A stretch of DNA of 64,000 nt from Rhodospirillaceae bacterium. GTDB taxonomy: Bacteria; Pseudomonadota; Alphaproteobacteria; Azospirillales; Azospirillaceae. The position numbers and the translations under genes were made by a program. The notes beneath the pieces are model-generated. The model was not told the origin of the DNA and made no database searches. It was given only the letters and a program-made list of their open reading frames with translations. The DNA lies in the NCBI GenBank assembly GCA_037147415.1, contig JBAWVF010000004.1:1112-65111 (forward strand), in the 5' to 3' direction. Positions 53,049 through 61,166 of this stretch are shown in pieces; the first letter of the stretch is position 1; each line of letters starts with the position of its first letter.

Positions 53049-53447
53049 TCAGAACCGTTCAACGGTTTCGATAAACACCGGCTTCGGTTCGGGGCGATAA
53101 GTCTCGTCCCAGGTGATGGTTTCGAACGCGTCGATAACGGTGCGGGCCGGCAGGTCGAAACCGAGGGTGGCCGGCAGAGTCGTCATGTTGACCCGCTCGA
53201 CCTCATGCCAGGGTTGGTCGACTCGGGGATCCCAATCACGATCCCGGTCCCCGAACGAGCAGCACAGGTCGGGCAGCTGCACCTGTCCGGGGATGAAATA
53301 GAGCCCGTCTTCCAACCGCTCCTTGATGGCGGCGATGTCGTTGCTGCCGACCGGGCCGGGCAGCACCAGCTTGCACAGAATCTTGCTTCCGGGCGTAAGC
53401 CGGTAGCAATACTCGATTCGCAAATTGAACCGCTTTGAAGGGGACAT
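53049..53447 (-). CDS. Hypothetical protein (132 aa)
   Basis: The ATG has GAGG 8 nt upstream (MSPSKRFNLRIEYCYRLTPGSK...). The ORF track extends to 53630. No family is recognised. Confidence 0.55.
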   Translation of the reverse strand: MSPSKRFNLRIEYCYRLTPGSKILCKLVLPGPVGSNDIAAIKERLEDGLYFIPGQVQLPDLCCSFGDRDRDWDPRVDQPWHEVERVNMTTLPATLGFDLPARTVIDAFETITWDETYRPEPKPVFIETVERF

Positions 53448-53580
53448 GATCAGGCCTCGTCGGGCCGAAAGTCGGGATCGGAACTCTGTTCGAACGGCGA
53501 CGGACAGGCAGCCGGGAAGAGAGTTTGATTCGGTGCGCTGGCCCGGGCGTAGAAATCTTGTTGATAGAGGGGTGATGCCA

Positions 53581-54171
53581 TCATGCCTCGGCCCTCGCGA
53601 AGACCGGTCCGTCGAAGACCAGTCCGTCATAGATATCGGCCAGGGTCAGCGTGACGCCGAGCGCCGCCAGGGTCAGGACGCCTTCAAGGCCGGAGACCGC
53701 TTCTTCGGGCACCAGATGGCCACCCGAGCGGGTCCAGAGTGCGGCCTTCGGCTCGTCCTGCCAGACAATGACATAATGCGCGACGGATTCCAGCAGATCA
53801 TAATCCCGCAATTTGGCATGTTGATCGCTGTAGGCCGTTGATTTGGATAACACCTCAATGACGACCCGCGGTTCGCTTGCGTCCAGCGCGTTCGGGTCGA
53901 AGCGGCCGCAATCGACCGTCACGTCGGGATAGCGGACGCGGCCGGAGGCGCGGATCGGGACACGCAGATCGCCGGCTCCGGGCCGGCAACCGCTACCGCG
54001 CAAGCTTTGGCGCAAAGCGGTGGCAATGTTGAGGGTAATCAGGCTATGCGCTTGCGTGCCGCCGGTCATCATCACGGGGCGGCCGTCAACCAACTCATAC
54101 CGAAGCGGCTGCCGCTCTTCCCACTCCAGGAAGTCGTCGAGCAACCATGGCTGTCGCTGCGGCTCGCTCAT
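53581..54171 (-). CDS. Uma2 family endonuclease (DUF820, PD-(D/E)xK fold)
   Basis: FLEWEERQPLRYELVDGRPVMMTGGTQAHSLI ... PDVTVDC ... VIEVLSKST shows the typical Uma2 pattern. The ATG at 54171 has GGAG upstream, and a GTG alternative lies at 54177. Confidence 0.85.
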   Translation of the reverse strand: MSEPQRQPWLLDDFLEWEERQPLRYELVDGRPVMMTGGTQAHSLITLNIATALRQSLRGSGCRPGAGDLRVPIRASGRVRYPDVTVDCGRFDPNALDASEPRVVIEVLSKSTAYSDQHAKLRDYDLLESVAHYVIVWQDEPKAALWTRSGGHLVPEEAVSGLEGVLTLAALGVTLTLADIYDGLVFDGPVFARAEA

Positions 54172-54230
54172 GCTCACTCCGTACGTCGGTAAAGGATACT
54201 ATAGGAAATTCGATAAAATCTTGCCACAAT

Positions 54231-54260
54231 TTCAAGATAGATCATTTCAAGATAGATCAT
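54231..54260. repeat. Perfect 15-bp tandem direct repeat in the Uma2/chvI divergent promoter region
   Basis: The repeat is ttcaagatagatcat x2, ending 41 nt upstream of the chvI ATG. Confidence 0.9.
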
Positions 54261-54300
54261 GGGGTTCGGATACCCGAGCCCCGGGGGAGGGCCGTGCGCC

Positions 54301-54999
54301 ATGCCGCAATCGATTGTTCTGGTTGATGACGACCGCAATATCCTTACTTCGGTGTCGATGGCGCTTCAGGCCGAGGGCTTTGAGGTTCGGACGTACAGCG
54401 ACGGTGCCGAGGCGTTGAAGGGGCTGACCGGCAAGCCGGCCGATCTTGCGGTGCTTGACATCAAGATGCCGCGACTCGACGGGATGGAGTTGCTGGCGCG
54501 GCTGCGAAAGGTCTCGTCGATGCCGGTGATCTTTCTGACCTCCAAGGACGACGAGCAGGACGAAGTCGCCGGCTTGCGCCAAGGGGCGGACGATTATATC
54601 CGCAAGCCGTTTTCACAGCGCTTGCTGATCGAACGCATTCGCGCTTTGTTGCGGCGCGAGGCGATCGGGCGCGGCCGGGCGGTCGGAGAACCGGGCTTGA
54701 TGATCGTGCATGGTGATCTGAGCTTGGACGGCAGCCGGCATGTCTGTTCCTGGAAAGGTGCGGTCGTCGATCTGACGGTGACCGAGTTTCTGTTGGTCAA
54801 AGCGCTGGTGGTCAGGCCGGGGCATGTCAAGAACCGGGATCAGCTGATGGATGCCGCCTATGGTGAGCATATTTATGTGGATGACCGCACGATCGACAGT
54901 CACGTCAAGCGCGTGCGTAAGAAATTCCGTGCGGTCGATCCGGAGTTCAATCAGATAGAGACGCTGTACGGGGTCGGTTATCGTTACAAGGAGACTTGA
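54301..54999 (+). CDS. chvI: OmpR-family response regulator ChvI
   Basis: [35 protein letters not shown] is a near-signature ChvI N-terminus. A winged-helix C-terminus is present ([13 protein letters not shown]), and chvG follows. Confidence 0.9.
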   Translation: MPQSIVLVDDDRNILTSVSMALQAEGFEVRTYSDGAEALKGLTGKPADLAVLDIKMPRLDGMELLARLRKVSSMPVIFLTSKDDEQDEVAGLRQGADDYIRKPFSQRLLIERIRALLRREAIGRGRAVGEPGLMIVHGDLSLDGSRHVCSWKGAVVDLTVTEFLLVKALVVRPGHVKNRDQLMDAAYGEHIYVDDRTIDSHVKRVRKKFRAVDPEFNQIETLYGVGYRYKET

Positions 55000-55000
55000 A

Positions 55001-56593
55001 ATGGATCGACGCCGGCTGTCGCCGCTGGCTCACCGCATTCTGATGGTCAATATCTTGGCGCTGGCGATCCTGGTGGTCGGGGTGATGGTGCTGGGCCGCT
55101 ATAAAGAGCGGTTGATAGTGGATGAGCTGGCCGGGTTGTCCGCCGATGCCCGTATCCTTGCGGTGGCGCTGGCGGAAGGTGCCGCCTTAAGCGACGAGCG
55201 GAGCGGCTTGGAGCCGGAGCGGGCGCGACGCATGGTGCGCCGGTTGGTCGAGCCGGCAGACGCGCGGACCCGGCTTTTCGATGCGTCCGGTGCATTGCTG
55301 GCCGACAGTGATGATTTTCAGGAAGCCGCCCTTCCGGCCCCGGAGCGGGATGAGGAGGAGCTGCCGCCGGCCAGCCGTTGGGTGCTCAACGATCTGGAGC
55401 AGCTTTACGAGTTGATTGCCGACCATCTTCAGGGGCGCGGGGCTTTGCCCGTGTTCGATGACCGGTCGTTGCGGCATGCCGGCCAGCTCAGCGAGCTTCA
55501 GCAAGCTTTGAAAGGGGAGGCTCACTCGGCGGCGCAAGCGACCCCGGACGGGGGGCTGATGCTGATCGCGGTGATGCCGGTCGAACAAAACAAGCGGGTG
55601 GTCGGTGCCGTGTTGCTGAATCACGGCGGCGAGACGATCGGCGCGGCTGTGCAATCGTTACGGGTTGACATCCTGCATTGCTTTTTAATCGCGCTGGCGG
55701 TGACGGTGGCGTTGTCATTCTATCTGGCCGGAACCATCGTGGAGCCGATTCGGCGGCTGGCATTGGCGGCGGAACGGGTCAGGCATGGCCGGGGTCGGCA
55801 GCGCATCCCCGACTTCAGCTGCCGAAACGACGAGATCGGCGACCTGTCGCGTGCTTTGGGCGAGATGACCGATGCCTTGTGGGCGCGACTGGACGCTATC
55901 GAGCATTTTGCCGCCGACGTCGCTCATGAGATTAAAAATCCGCTGACGTCCCTGCGCAGCGCGGTCGAGACCGCGGCCCGCATCGAGGATGCCGAACGCC
56001 GCCGCCCGCTGATGGCGATCATCGAGGATGATATTCGGCGGCTCGACCGGTTGATCACCGACATTTCCGCCGCGTCCCGGGTTGATGCCGAACTCAGCCG
56101 GGCCGAGCGCGCTCCGGTTGATCTCGGCGCCATGCTCAGCATGCTGGCCGAAATCCACGCCGCAACCGCAGCCGAAAACCCGGCGTTGCCGTGCGTGGTG
56201 GTCGAACTGCCCGAAGGGGCCGGGCTGACCGTGTCGGGCTTCGAAGGGCGGCTGGTCCAGGTTTTCCAGAACCTGATCGCGAATGCACTGTCGTTCTCGC
56301 CGCCGGGGGGTACGGTCACCTTGTCGGCGCGTCGCGACGGTGACGGGGTCGCGGTTGCGGTCGGGGATCGCGGTCCCGGAATTCCCGAGGGTAAGTTACA
56401 GGCGATTTTCGAGCGCTTTTATACCGAGCGTCCACCGGGCGAAAAGTTCGGCATCCACTCCGGTCTCGGCCTCAGTATCAGCAAGCAGATTATCGAGGCG
56501 CATCATGGCAGCATCACCGCCGAAAACCGCTGCGGTCCCGATGGCGGAGTCGCAGGCGCGGTGTTCACGGTACGCCTGCCGCTAAAAAACTGA
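55001..56593 (+). CDS. chvG: Sensor histidine kinase ChvG/ExoS-type
   Basis: The N-terminus is a TM segment plus periplasmic domain (LAHRILMVNILALAILVVGVMVLGRYKERLI), followed by HAMP. The H-box is VAHEIKNPLTSLRSA. Kinase boxes are NLIANALSFSP, DRGPGI and GLGLSISKQI. Confidence 0.88.
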   Translation: MDRRRLSPLAHRILMVNILALAILVVGVMVLGRYKERLIVDELAGLSADARILAVALAEGAALSDERSGLEPERARRMVRRLVEPADARTRLFDASGALLADSDDFQEAALPAPERDEEELPPASRWVLNDLEQLYELIADHLQGRGALPVFDDRSLRHAGQLSELQQALKGEAHSAAQATPDGGLMLIAVMPVEQNKRVVGAVLLNHGGETIGAAVQSLRVDILHCFLIALAVTVALSFYLAGTIVEPIRRLALAAERVRHGRGRQRIPDFSCRNDEIGDLSRALGEMTDALWARLDAIEHFAADVAHEIKNPLTSLRSAVETAARIEDAERRRPLMAIIEDDIRRLDRLITDISAASRVDAELSRAERAPVDLGAMLSMLAEIHAATAAENPALPCVVVELPEGAGLTVSGFEGRLVQVFQNLIANALSFSPPGGTVTLSARRDGDGVAVAVGDRGPGIPEGKLQAIFERFYTERPPGEKFGIHSGLGLSISKQIIEAHHGSITAENRCGPDGGVAGAVFTVRLPLKN

Positions 56594-56617
56594 AACCGGT
56601 TCATCGGCGTAAAAGGA

Positions 56618-58156
56618 TTACAGCAACCAGGCAACCGTTCCCGCCAACGCGGCCACGGCGCCCCACAAAGCCCATAGTTCGGTGCGATAGCGCCGGGAAC
56701 CGGCTTGAACCAAGGCGGCGACGGTGTCGGGGTCGAGGCGGATGCCACGCTCCAGCAACTCGACGGTGCGTTTGGTGCTGCGGATGGCTTCGGGCACTTG
56801 GCGGAGCGCCTTGAAAAAGGCTTCCGCTTCATCGAGGACATGCGCTTCGGGGCCACGGTGCTCGCGCATCCAGTTTTCGATCAGCGGACGGGCCAGCTCC
56901 CACATATTGATTTCGGGATTGAGCGCGCGGCCAACCCCTTCGGCGGTCAACATGCTCTTTTGTAACAAAAGAAGCTGAGGCTGGGTTTCCATTTCGAACT
57001 GCTCGGTCACCGCGAACAGTTGGGCCAACAGGCGCCCGACGGAAATTTCATTGAGCGGCTTGTTGAGCAGCGGCTCTCCGATGGCGCGGCACGCCTGCGT
57101 GAACATCTCTTGCGACTGGTGCGAGGCGACGTATCCGGCCTGGAAATGGACCTGAGCCACCCGCCGGTAGTCGCCGGTCAGGAAGCCCAGCAGCATATCG
57201 GCCAAGTAATATCGTGTGGTTCGGTCAAGCCGGCCCATGATGCCGAAATCAACCGCGGTAACCCCACCGGTTTCGTTGACGAACAAATTGCCGGGGTGCA
57301 GGTCGGCATGGAAATAACCGTCCCGAAACACTTGATTAAAATACGCCGCCGATGCAATCGCGGTGACTTTACTCAGGTCGTGCCCGGCGGCAAGCAGTTT
57401 TTCAGTTTCATCAACCTTGATGCCGTGAATGCGTTCCAGGGTCAGCACATGCTTGGCGGTGCGGTCCCAGTCGACGCGCGGCACACGAAACCACGGGTCG
57501 TCGCGGAAATTGGCCGCAAGTTCGGAGGCGGCCGCGGCTTCCATCCGCAAATCCATCTCGATGCCGGTGGTGCGCTCGAACATCTCGACGATTTCGATCG
57601 GCCGTAGCCGGCGCAGTCTCGGCTGAAGCCGCAAGGCCATCTCGGTCAGCCAATAGAGCAGGTTAACGTCGCGGCGAAAGGCATGCTCGATTCCGGGGCG
57701 TAGAATCTTGACCGCGACTTCCTTACCGTCGATGGTGACGGCGAAGTGGACTTGCGCGATTGACGCCGCGGCGATGGCATTACGATCGAAGCTTTGGAAT
57801 ATCCGGTCGAGCGGCTTTTCAAGCTGTTCTTCGACGATGGCGGCGGCGGTATCTCCGGAAAATGGCGGCAAACGATCCTGAAGCCGGGCAAGGTCGGCGG
57901 CAATCTCGGCGCCGACCAGATCGGAGCGTGTCGACAGCGCCTGCCCGAGCTTGATGAAGGTCGGTCCCAGCTCGGCCAGAGCCCCGGCCAGCCGTTGACC
58001 GGGGCGACCGGCGACCCCGCGCCGCGAGATCAGGCGGGCAAACAGCGCCAACCCCGGCAGCATGTCACCGAGTTCACTCGGGAACAGGGCGTCATGCCGG
58101 GCCAGCGTCCGGATAATGACGAACAGGCGGCCGAGGTTGCGCGCGGTGCGAATCAC
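56618..58156 (-). CDS. ubiB: Ubiquinone biosynthesis protein kinase UbiB (ABC1 family)
   Basis: FIKLGQALSTRSDLVG, AAASIAQVHFA, VAVKILRPG and HADLHPGNLFV are present. Length is 512 aa with a C-terminal TM segment. Confidence 0.93.
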   Translation of the reverse strand: MIRTARNLGRLFVIIRTLARHDALFPSELGDMLPGLALFARLISRRGVAGRPGQRLAGALAELGPTFIKLGQALSTRSDLVGAEIAADLARLQDRLPPFSGDTAAAIVEEQLEKPLDRIFQSFDRNAIAAASIAQVHFAVTIDGKEVAVKILRPGIEHAFRRDVNLLYWLTEMALRLQPRLRRLRPIEIVEMFERTTGIEMDLRMEAAAASELAANFRDDPWFRVPRVDWDRTAKHVLTLERIHGIKVDETEKLLAAGHDLSKVTAIASAAYFNQVFRDGYFHADLHPGNLFVNETGGVTAVDFGIMGRLDRTTRYYLADMLLGFLTGDYRRVAQVHFQAGYVASHQSQEMFTQACRAIGEPLLNKPLNEISVGRLLAQLFAVTEQFEMETQPQLLLLQKSMLTAEGVGRALNPEINMWELARPLIENWMREHRGPEAHVLDEAEAFFKALRQVPEAIRSTKRTVELLERGIRLDPDTVAALVQAGSRRYRTELWALWGAVAALAGTVAWLL

Positions 58157-58950
58157 AGGCGCCAGCCGGAGTGAATGGCGGCGACTCCGCCGGTTAAGTT
58201 ACGGTAGCGCACTTGTCCGAAACCGGCCGCGGCGATCCGGCGGACCATACTGTCCTGGTCGGGGAATTTACGAATGCTTTCGACCAGATAACGATAAGCC
58301 GCTTCATCATCCGCGACCACGCGGCCGATTTTGGGCAGCAGCGAAAACGAATAGGTGTCGTAAAGCTCGCGCAATCCCGGCATTGTGACGTGGCTGAATT
58401 CCAGGCAGAAAAAACGCCCGCCCGGCCGGAGCACCCTATGGGCTTCCCTTAGCGCGGCGTCGATGCCGGTGACATTACGCAGGCCGAAGGCGATGGTATA
58501 GACATCGACCGAGCGGTTTGCCATCGGCAGCGCCATCGCGTCGCCGGTGATCCAGTCGAGTCCCTCGACGATGCCGCGGTCAAGGGCGCGATCCCGCCCG
58601 ACTCGCAGCATGGCTTCGTTGATGTCGCAGATATGAGCGAAGCCGCCGCCCGCTTCGAGAAAGCGGAAGGCGATATCTCCGGTGCCGCCGGCAACATCAA
58701 GCAGCACCATGCCCGGCTGCGGCCGGATTTGTGCCACCAGCGAGGCTTTCCACAGCCGGTGCACGCCACCCGACATCAAATCATTCATCAGGTCGTAGCG
58801 ACCGGCGACGCTGTCGAACACTTGGCGGACCCGGCCGGCTTTCTCGGCCGGATCGACCTCGGTAAAGCCGAACCAACGACCTTCGGCGCCCGGATCGGGG
58901 CGGGCCGCATCGCTTTTGCCGGCGTTTTTATCGGTGCTTTTGTCTGTCAT
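58153..58950 (-). CDS. ubiE: Ubiquinone/menaquinone methyltransferase UbiE
   Basis: FGFTEVDPAEKAGRVRQVFDSVAGRYDLMNDLMSGGVHRLWK and LDVAGGTGDIA (SAM motif I) are present. The stop overlaps the ubiB start. An alternative ATG lies at 58980. Confidence 0.93.
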   Translation of the reverse strand: MTDKSTDKNAGKSDAARPDPGAEGRWFGFTEVDPAEKAGRVRQVFDSVAGRYDLMNDLMSGGVHRLWKASLVAQIRPQPGMVLLDVAGGTGDIAFRFLEAGGGFAHICDINEAMLRVGRDRALDRGIVEGLDWITGDAMALPMANRSVDVYTIAFGLRNVTGIDAALREAHRVLRPGGRFFCLEFSHVTMPGLRELYDTYSFSLLPKIGRVVADDEAAYRYLVESIRKFPDQDSMVRRIAAAGFGQVRYRNLTGGVAAIHSGWRL

Positions 58951-59100
58951 TGTATCGCTCTCGCTCGTCCAACCCACCATAGCGGTTCAGGCGCCGCGGC
59001 ACCAGTCAGGTGTTGTGCGCAGTCGTGCGTTTGCCCTATGTTTGCGAATCTTTGCTCGATGTTGTGACGCGGTGGCAAAACAGAAAATATAAAGTCATGG

Positions 59101-59946
59101 CTATTGCTTAAAGCCGACCTCCTGATAAAATTCTTCGCTCGTGTGAAAAGATTTGATAATCTTGTCGATCTCCAGGCGCCTTAGCTGACTAGCACATAGC
59201 CCTTCAGTCCCGGTGATCATGTACACATTTCTGCCATCTTCAATAAAAGTTCCAAGTAAAATTAAAAGATGTCCGATAAATTGTTCATCAAATTCCTCCA
59301 TTTCCTCGAAACATGCGACAATGACCGCCGATAACGAAGAGTTAATTATCTCGCAACCTTTTGCAAGAATTGCGCTATCGGTTGGTGAGGACGTACCCTT
59401 GAAAGAAATGCCGGCGAACTCATTGGTTATGACAACTCTGACCCCGAGCATGCTGCCCATTTGATTTAACAGTACTGAATAACCATGGCCAGGACTGCCA
59501 TCTGTTTTTATCATTGGCCGAATTGATTGGGGATGATAAAAATTCTTAAAGTATGGTGCCATAGCTTTATCATGCTTTGCAATATGATTAATAATCCAAA
59601 ACTTTAGGAGTTTAAGTATTCTTTCTTTGACGGCCTGTTGTTGTTGCTTTGGAATTGTCTTACTGAAAAGACCTATGGCGCTCTTAACATTTATTCTTAG
59701 TTGGCGATGACGCTCTGCATGATCTTTGCAGTTGGCAAACCCGATTCGTTGTTGGATCGCTTCTTCCCGACTGAAATGATAGACCGTATAATATTCCAGT
59801 CTCTTCAAGGCATCAAGCAAGAGTCCTTGATCAAAGCCTGCCTCAAGCTGCTGTTCAAACTCGTTAATCAGTAAGATTAGAAATTTGTGGTCGGTATCGA
59901 TCGCGCCCCCATCGATTGACATTTGTTCGCGCCAATGTACCGGCAT
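59101..59946 (-). CDS. Hemerythrin-like domain protein with C-terminal STAS-like domain
   Basis: MPVHWREQMSIDGGAIDTDHKFLILLINEF..YTVYHFSREE..HAERH shows bacteriohemerythrin His/Glu ligand spacing. The C-terminal region of about 140 aa ends LRRLEIDKIIKSFHTSEEFYQE, which is STAS-like. Hand-counted GC is 30-37%, against about 68% in ubiE. Confidence 0.8.
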   Translation of the reverse strand: MPVHWREQMSIDGGAIDTDHKFLILLINEFEQQLEAGFDQGLLLDALKRLEYYTVYHFSREEAIQQRIGFANCKDHAERHRQLRINVKSAIGLFSKTIPKQQQQAVKERILKLLKFWIINHIAKHDKAMAPYFKNFYHPQSIRPMIKTDGSPGHGYSVLLNQMGSMLGVRVVITNEFAGISFKGTSSPTDSAILAKGCEIINSSLSAVIVACFEEMEEFDEQFIGHLLILLGTFIEDGRNVYMITGTEGLCASQLRRLEIDKIIKSFHTSEEFYQEVGFKQ

Positions 59947-60166
59947 AAAGAACCTCAACTCGGAAAATACTCAAAGCCCGGCGCACTATTCAGTTCTCAT
60001 TGAACATTGCGATAAAACTGTCAAACCGCTTGATATTCTAAATATAATCGGTGCCGGCGGTCAATGCCGGTGTGCCTGAAAATTGCCTTCTTTAATATGG
60101 CGGCTTTGTGTCAAGGTCGATAAGACGAGGCGGAACGTCGGCGACCATGCCATCCGGCAGAAACGG

Positions 60167-60193
60167 TAGCTGAAATAGCTGAAATAGCTGAGT
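60167..60193. repeat. 9-bp tandem repeat just upstream of mutM
   Basis: The copies are tagctgaaa x2 plus tagctgagt, ending 13 nt before the mutM ATG. Confidence 0.8.
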
Positions 60194-60205
60194 GGATAGT
60201 TTCGC

Positions 60206-61048
60206 ATGCCCGAACTTCCCGAAGTTGAAACCGTGTGTCGCGGGCTGGCGCCGAGATTGGTCGGGCGGCGGCTGGCGCGGGTCGAGTTGCGCCGCCAAGG
60301 CTTGCGGGTGCCGTTCACTCCCGGGATGGCGGAGCGCCTGAGCGGGCGCTCGGTGACCGCACTGTGGCGGCGGGCCAAATATATAGTGATGTGTATGGAG
60401 GATGGCGCGGCGGCGATCATTCACCTCGGCATGTCGGGCCGGATGGTGATTACGGAGTCTCCCGCGGGCGCGCCCGGCCGGCACGATCACGTGATCCTGA
60501 CCACCGATGATGGTGCGATCGTGACCTTTAACGATGCGCGGCGATTCGGCGTGATGGTGCTGTGCGAAGAGCGAGACCTGACAACGCACCCGCTGTTGGC
60601 CGGGCTCGGACCGGAGCCGCTGTCCGACGATTTCACCCCGGCGCTGCTCTCGGCCCGGTTGGCGCGCAAGATCACCCCGATCAAGGCGGCGCTGCTTGAT
60701 CAAACGGTGGTGGCCGGTCTCGGCAATATCTATGTGGTCGAGGCCTTGTTTCAGGCCGGAATCTCGCCGTTACGCAGTGCGGCTTCGGTAGCGGGCGCGG
60801 GCGCCGAGCTGTTGGTGCCGGCGATTCGCCGGGTGTTGCAGGCGGCGATTGCCGCCGGTGGCTCATCGCTGCGCGATTATGTCCAGGCATCGGGCGAACT
60901 CGGCTATTTTCAGCACAGCTTTGCCGTCTATGGCCGCGAGGGCCTGGCTTGTCCCGGCTGCTCTTGCGATCCGGCGGTGACCGGCGGCATCGAGCGGCTG
61001 GTGCAGTCGAATCGCTCAAGCTGGTGGTGTCCGCGCAAGCAAGGGTAA
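60206..61048 (+). CDS. mutM: Formamidopyrimidine-DNA glycosylase
   Basis: [14 protein letters not shown] is the catalytic N-terminus. The H2TH region is [18 protein letters not shown], and the C-terminal zinc finger is CPGC..WWCPRKQ. Confidence 0.95.
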   Translation: MPELPEVETVCRGLAPRLVGRRLARVELRRQGLRVPFTPGMAERLSGRSVTALWRRAKYIVMCMEDGAAAIIHLGMSGRMVITESPAGAPGRHDHVILTTDDGAIVTFNDARRFGVMVLCEERDLTTHPLLAGLGPEPLSDDFTPALLSARLARKITPIKAALLDQTVVAGLGNIYVVEALFQAGISPLRSAASVAGAGAELLVPAIRRVLQAAIAAGGSSLRDYVQASGELGYFQHSFAVYGREGLACPGCSCDPAVTGGIERLVQSNRSSWWCPRKQG

Positions 61049-61166
61049 CCCCTGCCTGACGGGCGATTTTGCCGGGGAAGCCATGACTCGCTTTTCGCGG
61101 CCATTTCGGGCATGTAAGGTGCTCGACTTGTAAGTTGCATAAGCGGGCTGGAGCGGCGAAATCCCA

